From positions 1 to 64,000 of the forward strand of contig JASGJN010000022.1 in the NCBI GenBank assembly GCA_049840735.1: 64,000 nucleotides of DNA, read 5' to 3'. Origin of the DNA: Anaeromyxobacter sp. GTDB lineage: Bacteria; Myxococcota; Myxococcia; Myxococcales; Anaeromyxobacteraceae. Positions 51,670 through 62,210 of the stretch are shown piece after piece. A program made the translations under genes and the position numbers. The stretch's first letter is position 1; every line of letters starts with the position of its first letter. The notes beneath the pieces were generated by a model, which saw nothing but the letters and a program-made list of their open reading frames with translations, had not been told where the DNA came from and did no database searches.

Positions 51670-51906
51670 ATGAGCACCGAACCCCGCGACCCCAGCCGCG
51701 ACACGCCTCCCGTTCCCGACACCGCCCCGGACATGGGCGAGGCGTCGGCTCGCCAGCAGGAGCTGATCGGACCTTCCGGCGGCCCGCCCACCGAGGATGA
51801 GCGCCAGCGCCGCGGTGCGTCGCCCCCCGAGGACGTGCTCATCCGCGGCCTGGCGGAGGAGCCAGACCGCCACCCGGAGCCGGGGCCGCCGAGGGGCGCC
51901 GGGTAG
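51670..51906 (+). CDS. Small acidic low-complexity hypothetical protein
   Basis: ATG after AAGGA; Pro/Glu/Asp-rich ORF. Confidence 0.4.
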   Translation: MSTEPRDPSRDTPPVPDTAPDMGEASARQQELIGPSGGPPTEDERQRRGASPPEDVLIRGLAEEPDRHPEPGPPRGAG

Positions 51907-51946
51907 GGTGCTCTCGGCCGCCCGGCCGGGCGCGGTAAGATGAGGC

Positions 51947-52618
51947 GTGCTCGAGGCCCTCGCCAGCCAGCTCCGCCAGCTCCTGCCGGAGGGCGTGGCC
52001 TGCGCCGTGGAGGCGCCGGTCTGCGCGCCGGAGCGGCTGCTGGGCGAGGAGCTGGCCGCGGTCGCAGGGGTGATCCCCAAGCGCTGCGGCGAGTTCGTGG
52101 GCGGCCGCGTGGCGGCTCGCGCGGCGCTGGCCGCGCTGGGCGTGGCCCCGGTGGCCCTGCCGCCCGGTCCGCAGCGCGCGCCGCTCTGGCCGGCGGGGCT
52201 GAGCGGCAGCATCTCGCACGCCAGCGACGTCTGCGTGGCGGTGGCGGCGAGGGCCGAGCGCTTCGCCGCGCTGGGCGTGGACGTGGAGGGGGCGGCGCCG
52301 CTCGATCCCAAGCTCTGGCGGCGCGTGCTCACGCCGGAGGAGCAGGCGCAGATCGAGGCGGCGCCGGAGGACGAGCGCGGTGGCCTCGCCAAGCTGGTGT
52401 TCAGCCTCAAGGAGGCGACCTACAAGTGCCAGCACCCGCTCACCGGCCGCTTCCTGGGGTTCCAGGAGGTGGTGGTGCGCTGGGACCCGGGGGCCGGGGC
52501 GTTCGAGGCCCGGGTGCTGGCGGCCGACGGCGGGCCCACGCCGGCCATGGTGATCCGCGGCCGGTATGCGCGGGTGGGAGAGCACCTCGTCAGCGTGGCG
52601 CTGATCCCGGTCCCCTGA
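51947..52618 (+). CDS. EntD-like 4'-phosphopantetheinyl transferase
   Basis: EFVGGRVAAR, PLWPAGLSGSISH, LGVDVE, FSLKEATYK. Confidence 0.9.
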   Translation: MLEALASQLRQLLPEGVACAVEAPVCAPERLLGEELAAVAGVIPKRCGEFVGGRVAARAALAALGVAPVALPPGPQRAPLWPAGLSGSISHASDVCVAVAARAERFAALGVDVEGAAPLDPKLWRRVLTPEEQAQIEAAPEDERGGLAKLVFSLKEATYKCQHPLTGRFLGFQEVVVRWDPGAGAFEARVLAADGGPTPAMVIRGRYARVGEHLVSVALIPVP

Positions 52619-52665
52619 TCCCAGTCCGTCGGCCCGCCCGGCCGCGGACCGGGTAGACTGCGCGC

Positions 52666-53781
52666 ATGGCGCGGATCCTGTACGGGGTGGCGGGCGAGGG
52701 GATGGGGCATGCGACGCGTTCGCGGGTGGTGATCGACCACCTGGCGGAGAAGCACCAGCTGCACGTGGTGGCCTCCGGGCGCGCGTACGACTACCTGAAG
52801 GCGCGCGAGCGGCCCGGCCTCGAGGTGAGCAGGATCTGGGGCCTGTCCATCGTCTACGAGGACAACGCCGTCCGGAACGTGAAGACGCTGCTGGAGAACG
52901 TGCGCGCCGGCCTCATGGGCGGCCTGCCGCACAACGTGAAGGCCTACTTCGACATGATCGAGGGGTTCCGGCCGGACCTGGTGGTCTCCGACTTCGAGAC
53001 CTGGTCCTGGCTCTTCAGCAAGACCCACGGCATCCCCTGCATCTCGGTGGACAACAACCAGGCGGTCAACCGGTGCGAGCACCCGCCGGCCGTCACCGCC
53101 GGTCACTACTCCGAGTACCTGCTGGCCCGCTCGGTGGTGAAGGCCAAGCTGCCCGGCTGCTTCCAGTACCTGATCTCCACCTTCTTCCGCCCGCCCACGG
53201 TGATGGCGCGCACCAGCCTCCACCCGCCGGTGCTGCGGCAGCAGATCCTGGACGCGAAGCCGGAGCGGGGCGAGCACCTGCTGGTCTACCAGACCTCCAC
53301 CTCCAACCAGGCGCTGCCCGCCATGCTGCAGGCCACCGGCCGCGAGTGCCGCATCTACGGCCTGCGCCGCGACCTCGCCGAGGACCAGCGCGAGGGCAAC
53401 CTGGTCTACCGGCCGTTCAGCGAGGCCGGCTTCATCGACGACCTGCGCACCGCCCGCGGCGTCGTCTCCGGCGGCTCCTTCACGCTCATGAGCGAGGCGG
53501 TCTACCTGCACAAGCCCATGCTCTCGGTGCCGGTGCAGAAGCAGTTCGAGCAGATCCTCAACGCGCGCTACCTGGAGGCGCTGGGCTACGGCCTGGCCGC
53601 CGACGAGCTGACGCCCGAGGTGCTGGCCCACTTCGACGAGCGGCTGCCGGAGTTCGAGACCGCGCTGGCGCGCTACTCCCAGGACGGCAACCGCGACCTG
53701 CTGGAGCGGCTCGACGACGTGATCGCCGGGGCCCAGGGGCGCGGCGCGCCGCTGGACGAGGACGAGGACCCGCTCACGTGA
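52666..53781 (+). CDS. MJ1255/VC2487-family glycosyltransferase
   Basis: ILYGVAGEGMGHATRS, VVSDFE, SEAVYLHKP, QFEQILNA. Confidence 0.85.
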   Translation: MARILYGVAGEGMGHATRSRVVIDHLAEKHQLHVVASGRAYDYLKARERPGLEVSRIWGLSIVYEDNAVRNVKTLLENVRAGLMGGLPHNVKAYFDMIEGFRPDLVVSDFETWSWLFSKTHGIPCISVDNNQAVNRCEHPPAVTAGHYSEYLLARSVVKAKLPGCFQYLISTFFRPPTVMARTSLHPPVLRQQILDAKPERGEHLLVYQTSTSNQALPAMLQATGRECRIYGLRRDLAEDQREGNLVYRPFSEAGFIDDLRTARGVVSGGSFTLMSEAVYLHKPMLSVPVQKQFEQILNARYLEALGYGLAADELTPEVLAHFDERLPEFETALARYSQDGNRDLLERLDDVIAGAQGRGAPLDEDEDPLT

Positions 53782-54239
53782 AGCTGCGGATCGTGGCGGT
53801 GGGGCGGGACCGCTCCGGCCTCTACCAGCCCGCGGTGGACGAGTACGCGAAGCGGCTCTCGCGCTACGCGAAGTTCGAGCTGGTGGAGGTGCCGGAGGCG
53901 AAGAAGCTGGCCGGCACCCCGCGCGCCAAGGAGGAGGAGGCGGCCACGCTGCTCGGCAAGGTCGGACCGCGCGACCGGGTGGTGGCGCTGGACGAGCGCG
54001 GCGACGAGCTGACCAGCGTGCAGCTGGCGGACCGGCTGCGGCGCTGGCTGGAGCGGGGGCAGGACGTGACGCTGCTCATCGGCGGCTCGGACGGCCTGGC
54101 GCCGGAGGTGCTGGCCCGCGCCGAGGAGAAGCTGGCGGTCTCGCGCTTCACGCTGGCCCACCGGCTGGCGCGGCTGGTGCTGGTGGAGCAGCTCTACCGC
54201 GCCTTCACGATCCTGAAGGGCGAGCCGTACCACAAGTGA
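53778..54239 (+). CDS. rlmH: 23S rRNA pseudouridine-1915 N3-methyltransferase
   Basis: ALDERG, IGGSDG, EQLYRAFTILKGEPYHK. Confidence 0.95.
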   Translation: MKLRIVAVGRDRSGLYQPAVDEYAKRLSRYAKFELVEVPEAKKLAGTPRAKEEEAATLLGKVGPRDRVVALDERGDELTSVQLADRLRRWLERGQDVTLLIGGSDGLAPEVLARAEEKLAVSRFTLAHRLARLVLVEQLYRAFTILKGEPYHK

Positions 54240-54245
54240 GAGGGC

Positions 54246-55079
54246 TCAGGCGTTTGCCGCGGCCCCGTCGACCGAGGCGAGGAAGGCCCGCAGCGCCGCG
54301 GTGACCGCGTCCGGAGCCTCCACCGGCGAGCTGTGGCCGGCGGCGGGGAACCGGACCAGCTGGGCCCCAGCGATGCCTGCGGCGATGCGGAGCGCCTTGG
54401 GCGGCGGGGTGGCCACGTCCTCCTCGCCCACCCCGACCAGCGTGGGGGCGCGGATGCTGGCCAGCAGCGCCTCCACCCCCTCCCGCTCGATGACGCCGTT
54501 CACGGCGCGCCAGATGGCACGCCGGTTCCCGGCCACCCGCTCGCGCCAGGCCTGCCGCGCGGCGGCGCGGCCGGGGTCGGCGAGGAAGGTGCGGCCGAAC
54601 AGGACCCGCATCACCGGGTCCGCCACGGTGCGCGGTCCGAGCCAGCGCGCCGCGTGGTTGAGCATCTTGTAGCGGCGGATGGCCCGAGGCGCCTCTGGCT
54701 CCGCCGAGGTCTCCAGCAGCACCAGCGAGCGGATCAGCTCCGGCCGGCGGGCCGCCAGCCGCATCCCCACGAACCCGCCCATGGACAGGCCGACGAAGTG
54801 GCAGGGGCCGGCGGCCAGCTTCTCGATCAGCGCCGCAGCATCCGCGGCGCAAGTGTCCATGTCGATGCTGCGCTGCCGGGGCACCTCGCTCTCGCCCTGC
54901 CCGCGGTGGTCGTAGGCGATGCACCGGTAGCGATCGCGCAGCGCTTCCGCCTGCGCGTCCCAGAGCCGGACGCTGAGCAGCAGGCCATGGCTGAAGACCA
55001 CGGCCGGGCGATCGCCTCCGGTGTCCTCCACGTACAGCCGCGTGCCGTTGACCGGGACCCGATGCGAGACGCTGTGCAT
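54246..55079 (-). CDS. Alpha/beta fold hydrolase
   Basis: FSHG, DHRGQG, GLSMGG, GEED, GH. Confidence 0.9.
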   Translation of the reverse strand: MHSVSHRVPVNGTRLYVEDTGGDRPAVVFSHGLLLSVRLWDAQAEALRDRYRCIAYDHRGQGESEVPRQRSIDMDTCAADAAALIEKLAAGPCHFVGLSMGGFVGMRLAARRPELIRSLVLLETSAEPEAPRAIRRYKMLNHAARWLGPRTVADPVMRVLFGRTFLADPGRAAARQAWRERVAGNRRAIWRAVNGVIEREGVEALLASIRAPTLVGVGEEDVATPPPKALRIAAGIAGAQLVRFPAAGHSSPVEAPDAVTAALRAFLASVDGAAANA

Positions 55080-55161
55080 GACCCCATGCCGGCACTGCCT
55101 GCACGCCCGGTCAATGTCCACTCGGGGTGCAACCGAAGTGAGGAGCGCCTGCCTGGTCTGG

Positions 55162-55770
55162 GTGCGCATCTTCCAGCACGTGATCCAGGCCCTGCTCTCC
55201 CAGTTCGGCTACCTGGCGATCTTCGCCCTGCTGGTGGCCGGGGGCCTGGCTGTACCGGTCCCCGAGGAGCTGGTCCAGCTCACCGCCGGGGTGCTGGCTC
55301 ACCGGGGCCTGCTCTCGCCGGTGCCGGCCGCGCTCACCTGCTGGCTGGGGATACTGGTCGGCGACACCGCCTGGTTCCTGCTGGCGCGCCGCCACGGCGA
55401 GCGGCTCCTGGCCACCCGCCACGTGCGCCGGGTCCTGACGGACAGCCGCCGCGCCTGGGTGGAGCGCCACCTGGCCAGCCACGCGCTCCTGACGGTGATG
55501 ATCTCCCGGCATCTCTCCGCGGTCCGGCTGGCCGCGTACGCGCTGGCCGCCACCCACGGCGTGCGGCCGCGCACCTTCGTGCTGGCCGATGGGCTCTCGG
55601 CGCTGCTCTCCGTGCCGCTGGTGGTGGGCGCCGGCTACCTGGGCTCGCAGCACCTGGCGCAGGTGCACCAGGACGTGCGCCGGGTGGAGCTGGCGGTGCT
55701 GGCCGCGGCGGCGGCGGCCGTCGCCGGGTGGCTCCTGCTGCGGCGTCTGCGCCGGCCGGCGACGGGCTGA
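55162..55770 (+). CDS. DedA family membrane protein
   Basis: GYLAIF, PVPEE, GD, SRHLSAVR. Confidence 0.85.
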   Translation: MRIFQHVIQALLSQFGYLAIFALLVAGGLAVPVPEELVQLTAGVLAHRGLLSPVPAALTCWLGILVGDTAWFLLARRHGERLLATRHVRRVLTDSRRAWVERHLASHALLTVMISRHLSAVRLAAYALAATHGVRPRTFVLADGLSALLSVPLVVGAGYLGSQHLAQVHQDVRRVELAVLAAAAAAVAGWLLLRRLRRPATG

Positions 55771-55984
55771 GCCGGCTGCGCTGGGCCCGGGTGCCCGCGC
55801 AGCTCCGGGGCGCCCGCCGCCCGGGCCCACCTCCAGCCCCCCGTCCGGACGGCCGTATGCAAACGTTCAGCGTGCGGCGCCAAGGTTCTTGTGGCGCGCC
55901 CGGGCGTTCCCTAACATCTCGTCCTTCCAAGAAGACCGCATGAGCGCCCGGCCGCCGGCCGGCGCCCGCAAGGAGAAGAAGCCC

Positions 55985-57535
55985 GTGGCCAAGATGAAGC
56001 CCGTCCTCCTCGTCGTCCTCGACGGCTGGGGCATCCGCGCCCAGCGCGAGGACAACGCCATCGCCATCGCCGGGACGCCCAACATGGACGCCCTGATGCG
56101 CGACTACCCGCACGCCGCCCTGGAGACCAGCGGCCTGTGCGTCGGGCTGCCCGAGGGGCAGATGGGCAACTCCGAGGTGGGCCACACCAACCTCGGCGCC
56201 GGCCGGATCGTCTACCAGGACCTGGTCCGCATCAACCGCGCCGTCGAGGACGGCTCGTTCTACAAGAACGACAAGCTGCTGCTGGCCTGCCGCCGCGCCA
56301 AGGAGAACGGCGCCGCGCTCCACCTCATGGGCCTGGTCTCCGACGGCGGCGTCCACAGCCACGTCGAGCACCTGCACGCCTGCGTGGAGTTGGCCCGCCG
56401 CGAGGGCGTGGCCAAGGTCTTCATCCACGCCTTCATGGACGGCCGCGACACGCCGCCCAAGTCCGGCCTCGACTACATGCGCGCGGTCGAGACGCGCCTC
56501 AAGGACAACGGCTACGGCAAGGTGGCCACCGTCTGCGGCCGCTACTGGGCCATGGACCGCGACAAGCGGTGGGACCGCGTCTCCCAGGCCTACGCCGCCA
56601 TGGTGAAGGGTGACGGGCACAAGGTGGCCTCCGGCGTGGCGGCCATGGAGCGCGGCTACGCCGACGGCGAGACCGACGAGTTCGTGAAGCCCAGCGTGGT
56701 GGTGGACGCCGACGGCAAGCCGGTGGGCAGCATCCGCGACGGCGACGCGGTGCTGTTCTTCAACTTCCGCGCCGACCGCGCGCGCGAGATCACCCGCGCC
56801 ATCGCCGACCCGGACTTCAAGGACTTCGATCGCGGGCCCGGGCCCAAGCTGTCGGCCTACGTCTGCATGACCCAGTACGACCAGACCTTCCCGTACCCGG
56901 TCGCCTACGATCCGCAGGACCTCTCGGCGATCTTCCCGGAGATCGTGGCCCAGTCCGGTGCGCGCCAGCTGCGCACCGCCGAGACCGAGAAGTACGCGCA
57001 CGTCACCTTCTTCTTCAACGGCGGCCGCGAGACGGTCTACCAGAACGAGGACCGGATCCTGGTCCCGTCGCCGCGCGAGGTGAAGACCTACGACGAGAAG
57101 CCGGAGATGAGCGCGCGCGAGGTGACGGACAAGCTCTGCCAGGCGCTCTCCACCAACCCCTACGGCTTCACGCTGGTGAACTTCGCCAACCCGGACATGG
57201 TCGGCCACACCGGCCTGCTCGACGCGGCGGTGAAGGCGGTCAAGGTCGTGGACGAGTGCATCGGGCGGCTCTGGAAGGTGGCCCAGCAGCAGGGCATCGC
57301 CATGATGATCACCGCCGACCACGGCAACTGCGAGATGATGCGCGACCCGATCACCGGCCAGCCGCACACCGCGCACACGCTCAACCCGGTGCCCTTCATC
57401 CTGGCCGACGCCGACTTCCGCGGCGCGAAGCTGCGCGAGAAGGGCGTGCTGGCCGACGTGGCCCCCACCGCGCTGCAGATCATGGGTCTCACCCAGCCCA
57501 AGGAGATGAAGGGGCTCGGGATGATCATCCGGTAG
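55985..57535 (+). CDS. gpmI: 2,3-bisphosphoglycerate-independent phosphoglycerate mutase
   Basis: LDGWG, QMGNSEVGH, DGGVHSH, AETEKYAHVT, DMVGHTG, TADHGN. Confidence 0.97.
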   Translation: MAKMKPVLLVVLDGWGIRAQREDNAIAIAGTPNMDALMRDYPHAALETSGLCVGLPEGQMGNSEVGHTNLGAGRIVYQDLVRINRAVEDGSFYKNDKLLLACRRAKENGAALHLMGLVSDGGVHSHVEHLHACVELARREGVAKVFIHAFMDGRDTPPKSGLDYMRAVETRLKDNGYGKVATVCGRYWAMDRDKRWDRVSQAYAAMVKGDGHKVASGVAAMERGYADGETDEFVKPSVVVDADGKPVGSIRDGDAVLFFNFRADRAREITRAIADPDFKDFDRGPGPKLSAYVCMTQYDQTFPYPVAYDPQDLSAIFPEIVAQSGARQLRTAETEKYAHVTFFFNGGRETVYQNEDRILVPSPREVKTYDEKPEMSAREVTDKLCQALSTNPYGFTLVNFANPDMVGHTGLLDAAVKAVKVVDECIGRLWKVAQQQGIAMMITADHGNCEMMRDPITGQPHTAHTLNPVPFILADADFRGAKLREKGVLADVAPTALQIMGLTQPKEMKGLGMIIR

Positions 57536-57548
57536 CGGACGGACAGGC

Positions 57549-58349
57549 GTGGCCGTGCGTCCGTGGTTCGACAGGCCTGTCCTGGGCGTGGCGCCGCGTC
57601 TGCGGCGCGGAGCCGAAGGGCTCACCACGGACGGTCGGGGCGGAGGGGTCACCCTGGGTGACGCCCTCCGCCGCCTGGCCGACGCGCTGCTGGCGCTGGT
57701 CTACCCGCCGCGCTGCGCCGCCTGCCGCGCGCCGGTGGAGGCCGAGCCCTTCTGCGCCGTCTGCGCGGAGGCGCTGGAGCCGGTCCCGCCCGGCTGCGCC
57801 CGCTGCGGGCAGCCCGGCCCCGACGCCCTCTGCGGCGGCTGCCGGGCCGCGCCGCCGGCCTTCGACACGGTCCAGGCCGGCGGCCTGCTGGGCGGTCCGC
57901 TCGCCGACGCCATCCACGCCTTCAAGTACGGCGCCCGTCCGGCGCTGGCGCGCCCGCTGGGCGCCTGGCTGGCCGCGCAGGTGAGCCCACCGCCCGGCGC
58001 GGCGATCGTCTCGGTGCCGCTGGCGCGCGCCAGGCGCGTGGCCCGCGGCTACGATCAGGCGGCGCTGCTGGCCGACGCCCTGGCCCGCGCCGCCGGCCGC
58101 GGCCGGCGCCGGCTGCGGGGCGTCCTGCGCCGGGTGCGCGAGACGCCACCGCAGGTGGGGCGCTCGCGCGCCGAGCGCGCCCACAACGTGGCCGGCGCCT
58201 TCCGGGCCACCCGCAGCCTGGCCGGGCTCGACGTGGTGCTGGTGGACGACGTGGTCACCACCGGCGCGACCGCCGGGGCCGCCGCCGAGGCGCTGCGCCA
58301 GGCCGGGGCGCGCTCGGTGCAGGTGATAGCCCTGGCCCGCGCGGAGTAG
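57549..58349 (+). CDS. comF: ComF family double zinc ribbon/phosphoribosyltransferase (true start may be ~57650)
   Basis: Four CxxC motifs, RGYDQA, VLVDDVVTTGAT. Confidence 0.88.
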   Translation: MAVRPWFDRPVLGVAPRLRRGAEGLTTDGRGGGVTLGDALRRLADALLALVYPPRCAACRAPVEAEPFCAVCAEALEPVPPGCARCGQPGPDALCGGCRAAPPAFDTVQAGGLLGGPLADAIHAFKYGARPALARPLGAWLAAQVSPPPGAAIVSVPLARARRVARGYDQAALLADALARAAGRGRRRLRGVLRRVRETPPQVGRSRAERAHNVAGAFRATRSLAGLDVVLVDDVVTTGATAGAAAEALRQAGARSVQVIALARAE

Positions 58350-58361
58350 GCGGATCCGGGA

Positions 58362-58408
58362 CCCTTCGACTTCGCGGCGCTCCGCGCCGCTACGCTCAGG
58401 GGGAACGG
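58362..58408 (+). repeat. Single REP unit downstream of comF
   Basis: cccttcgacttcgcggcgctccgcgccgctacgctcagggggaacgg. Confidence 0.8.
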
Positions 58409-58481
58409 CCATATTCACTCCGGCCGGTAGGTCCGATCCGGGAACGTTGGTGCTGTTCCCGCGTTACACTCTCGGCCCCCC

Positions 58482-61400
58482 ATGCACCTGCGCCGCCTCG
58501 TCCCGCTCGCCGTCGCACTGCTGCTCCTCCCGCTCGCCGCCGCCGCAGCGGACCCCACCGCCGAGGCGCTGGCCAGGGGCACCGCCGCGCTGGCCCGGGA
58601 TCGCCGCGGTCCCGAGGGCGTGGCGGTGTTCGCCACCCTGGACGGGCTGGAGGACGACCTCCCCGACCTGGCGCCGCTGGCCGCGGCCTACGCCGCGGCG
58701 GCCGATGACGCCAGGGCCCACCCCGAGGTCCGCGCCCTGGCCCGCTTCCGGCTGGCCGGCCTGGCCCGGGCGCGCGGCGACCTGGGGGAGGCCGAGGCGC
58801 ACCTGGCGCGGCTCGGCTTCGTGACCCGCTGGCAGGTGATCGGCCCCTTCGACGACGAGGGGAAGCACGGGCTCGAGGCGGTCTACCCGCCGGAGCAGAA
58901 GCTGGACCTGGCCGCGCGCGTCCCGGGGAAGACGCGCGAGGTGGGCTGGCAGCCGCTGCCGCCGGAGCTGGTGGACCAGGGCTTCGTCCACCTGGGCGTG
59001 GCGCTCCGCCCGGAGCGCGAGGTGGTGGCCTACGCGCTCGCGATCGTGGAGGTGCCGCGCGACGGGCAGGCGGTGCTCTGGCTGGGGGCGAGCGGCGCGT
59101 CGAAGGTGTGGGTCAACGGCCAGCTGGCGCTGACCGACGCCACCTACCACCTGGCCCGCCTGGACCAGCGCGGCGCCCGCGTGGCGCTCCGGCGCGGGAC
59201 CAACCGGCTCCTGGTGAAGCTGGCCCACCAGGAAGGGCGCATGGGCTTCTACCTGCGGCTCGATCGCGGCACGGGCGAGGGGCTGGCCTTCACGCCGGGC
59301 CAGCCCGGGGCGCGGCCGGTCCGCCCGGGCGCCCGGCCGCGGCCGGCGGAGGACGCGCTGGCGGCGCTGACCCGGCGCGCGCAGCAGGCGCGCGGCCCGG
59401 AGGCGGAGGCCAGGGCCCGCGGCGCGCTCTCGGCGGCGCTGCGCGAGCGGGCCTCGGGCGACCTCGAGGAGCGCCGGGCGCTGGTGCAGGCGCAGCTGGC
59501 GGCCGACGCGCAGCCGGCGCTGGTGGACGCGCAGCTCTGGGCGGCCAGCCTGGACGACGAGCACGGCACCCGCCGGCGGCGCCTGGACCTGGCGCTGCAG
59601 GCGGCGCCGGGCGACGCGCGGGTGCTGGTCGCGCTGGCCGGCGAGGCGCTGGGGCAGGAGCGGCCCCTGGAGGCGGTGCGGCTCCTGGACCGCGCGGCGG
59701 CGGCCGCCCCGGAGTGGGCGGTGGCGCAGGTGGCGCGCGCCGAGGCGCTGGCGCGGGCCGGGCTGGAGGCGCGCAGCGCGCTGGCGGCGGCCGAGGTGGC
59801 CCGCCGCTTCCCGGCGGTGCCGGGGGCGCAGCGGGCCGCGGCGCGCGCGGCCGCGGCGCTGGGGCAGCTGGACGAGGCGGAGGCCCGCTACCGCGCGGCG
59901 CTGGCGCTCCGGCCGGACGACGGCGCCACGCGCGCGGCGCTGGCGCAGCTGCGCTTCGACCGCCGCGACCTGGTCGAGGCCGAGGCCCTGGCGCGCGAGG
60001 GGCTGCGGTTCCGCCCGGGCAGCCTGGACCTGCGCCTGGAGCTGGCCGGCCGGCTGGCCGCCAACGGCAAGCCGGACGAGGCCGACGCGCTGCTCGGCGA
60101 GGCGCTGCGGCTCTCCCCGGACGACGCCGAGGTGCTGGAGCGGCGCGGCCGGGCGCGGCTGGCGGCGGGCCGGGCCCGCGACGCGCAGGCCGACCTGGCG
60201 CGGGCGCTGGAGCTGGCCCCGCAGAGGCCGGCGCTGAAGGAGCTCCTGCGCACGCTGGAGCCGGCGCAGGAGCGCTTCGAGAAGCCGTACCTGGCCGACG
60301 CGGCGGCGCTGGCCGCGGCCGCGCCGGCGGGCCGGCCGGACGAGGACGCGCTGATCCTCTCCGAGCTCAAGGTCACCCGGGTGCTCGGGTCGGGGCTGCA
60401 CTCCACCGTCACGCAGCTGGTGGTGAAGGTGCTCGACGCGCGCGGGGTGGACGACTTCCGGCGCCAGTCGGTGGGCTGGACCCCGGGGCGCCAGGAGGTG
60501 ACGGTGCAGCGGGCGCGGGTCATCAAGCCCGACGGCACCAGCGTGGAGTCGCACGACGTCCGCGACCGGAGCACCAGCGAGCCCTGGTACCGGCTCTACT
60601 ACGACACCGCCGCGCGCACGCTCTCCTTCCCGGCGCTGGCGCCGGGCGACGTGCTGGAGCTGGTCTGGCGGGTCGAGGACGTGGCCGGCGAGAACCTGCT
60701 CTCCGACTACTTCGGCGACCTCACGCTGGTGGACGGCACCGCCCGCAAGGCGCGCTTCGACTACGTGCTGCTGGCGCCGGCCGCCCGGCCCATCCACGCC
60801 GCCACGCCGGCCGGCGTGGCGCACGCCGAGCGCGCGCTGCCCGGGGGCGTGGTGGAGCACCGCTGGACGGCCGCCGAGGTGGAGCGGCTGGTCCCCGAGC
60901 CGGCCATGCCGGGCTGGAGCGACGTGGCGCGGCTGGTCCACGTCTCCACCTACGAGACCTGGGACGAGGTGAACCGCTTCTACTGGGGGCTGGTCCGCGA
61001 CCAGCTCCGCCCGGGCGCGGAGCTGCGGGCGGTGGCCCGGCGGCTGGCGGCCGAGGCGCTGGCGGCACGCGGCGCGCCGCCCCCGGCGCTTGCCGCCGAC
61101 GGCGCGGCGCTGGTGCCCCCGTCGGACCCGGCGCTGCGGCGGGCCCTGGTGGAGGCGGCCTACGCGTTCGTGGTCACGCAGACCCGCTACGTGGGGCTGG
61201 AGTTCGGCATCCACGGCTACAAGCCGTACCGGGTGGATCAGGTGCTGGCGCGCCGCTTCGGCGACTGCAAGGACAAGGCGAGCCTGCTCCACGCGCTGCT
61301 GGAGGCGATGGGGATTGACTCGCGGCTGGTGCTGCTGCGGATGCGCGATCTGGGCGGCCTGCCCGAGCACCCGGCCTCGCTGGCGGTCTTCAACCACGCC

Positions 61401-62210
61401 ATCCTCTACGTGCCGGAGCTGGACCTCTGGCTCGACGGCACCGCCAGCTACTCCGGCCCGGGCGACCTGCCCCGCGCCGACCGCGGCGCCACCGTGCTGG
61501 TGGTGAACCCGTCCGGCCCGCCGCGCTTCGGGACGCTCCCCGAGGCCCGGCCGGGCGAGAACCGGCAGGAGCGCCGGCTGGAGGTGGCGCTGGCCGCCGA
61601 CGGCGCCGCCACCGTCACCGGCGCCCGCACCACGGCCGGCGTCGAGGCGCCCATGCTCCGGCGCGCCTACGAGGTCGAGCAGGAGCGCCGCACGCGGCTG
61701 GAGCAGGACCTGGCCTCCACGCTGAGCGGCGTGCAGGTGGACGAGGTGAAGGTCTCCGACCTGGGGCGGCTGGCCGACCCGGTCCGGATCGACTTCCAGG
61801 TGCGCGTGCCGCGCTTCGCCGCGCGCGAGGGCGAGGGCCTGCGCTTCGCGCCGCTGGCCACGGCGCGCGGCTACGCCGAGACGCTGGCCAACCTCTCGGC
61901 GCGCCGCTACCCGCTCGACCTGGGTGGCCCGCGCGACGACCGGCTGGCCTCGCGCGTGGCGCTCCCGGCCGGGTGGGCGGTGGTGGAGCTGCCCCCGCCG
62001 GCCTCGGCCAGCGGTCCGCTGGGCGAGTACCAGGTCACCTGGCGGCAGGAGCCCGGCGCGGTGGTGGCCGAGGCCCACGTGGTGCTGCCGCGCAGCCGCA
62101 TCGCGCCCGCCGACTACCCGTCCTTCCGCGAGCTCCTGATCGGGCTCGACCGGGCGCTGCAGCGCCGCGTCCGCATCGCGCCGGCCACGCCGGCGGAGGC
62201 CCGTCGATGA
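58482..62210 (+). CDS. Exported TPR + DUF3857 + transglutaminase-like protein
   Basis: Signal peptide, WQVIGPF, TPR helices, ARVIKPDG, GDCKDKA (Cys), FNHAI (His), WLD (Asp). Confidence 0.88.
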   Translation: MHLRRLVPLAVALLLLPLAAAAADPTAEALARGTAALARDRRGPEGVAVFATLDGLEDDLPDLAPLAAAYAAAADDARAHPEVRALARFRLAGLARARGDLGEAEAHLARLGFVTRWQVIGPFDDEGKHGLEAVYPPEQKLDLAARVPGKTREVGWQPLPPELVDQGFVHLGVALRPEREVVAYALAIVEVPRDGQAVLWLGASGASKVWVNGQLALTDATYHLARLDQRGARVALRRGTNRLLVKLAHQEGRMGFYLRLDRGTGEGLAFTPGQPGARPVRPGARPRPAEDALAALTRRAQQARGPEAEARARGALSAALRERASGDLEERRALVQAQLAADAQPALVDAQLWAASLDDEHGTRRRRLDLALQAAPGDARVLVALAGEALGQERPLEAVRLLDRAAAAAPEWAVAQVARAEALARAGLEARSALAAAEVARRFPAVPGAQRAAARAAAALGQLDEAEARYRAALALRPDDGATRAALAQLRFDRRDLVEAEALAREGLRFRPGSLDLRLELAGRLAANGKPDEADALLGEALRLSPDDAEVLERRGRARLAAGRARDAQADLARALELAPQRPALKELLRTLEPAQERFEKPYLADAAALAAAAPAGRPDEDALILSELKVTRVLGSGLHSTVTQLVVKVLDARGVDDFRRQSVGWTPGRQEVTVQRARVIKPDGTSVESHDVRDRSTSEPWYRLYYDTAARTLSFPALAPGDVLELVWRVEDVAGENLLSDYFGDLTLVDGTARKARFDYVLLAPAARPIHAATPAGVAHAERALPGGVVEHRWTAAEVERLVPEPAMPGWSDVARLVHVSTYETWDEVNRFYWGLVRDQLRPGAELRAVARRLAAEALAARGAPPPALAADGAALVPPSDPALRRALVEAAYAFVVTQTRYVGLEFGIHGYKPYRVDQVLARRFGDCKDKASLLHALLEAMGIDSRLVLLRMRDLGGLPEHPASLAVFNHAILYVPELDLWLDGTASYSGPGDLPRADRGATVLVVNPSGPPRFGTLPEARPGENRQERRLEVALAADGAATVTGARTTAGVEAPMLRRAYEVEQERRTRLEQDLASTLSGVQVDEVKVSDLGRLADPVRIDFQVRVPRFAAREGEGLRFAPLATARGYAETLANLSARRYPLDLGGPRDDRLASRVALPAGWAVVELPPPASASGPLGEYQVTWRQEPGAVVAEAHVVLPRSRIAPADYPSFRELLIGLDRALQRRVRIAPATPAEARR

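Noticed and set aside
51947..52618. PPTase as marker of a biosynthetic gene cluster
   Set aside because: No NRPS, PKS or ACP genes in the window
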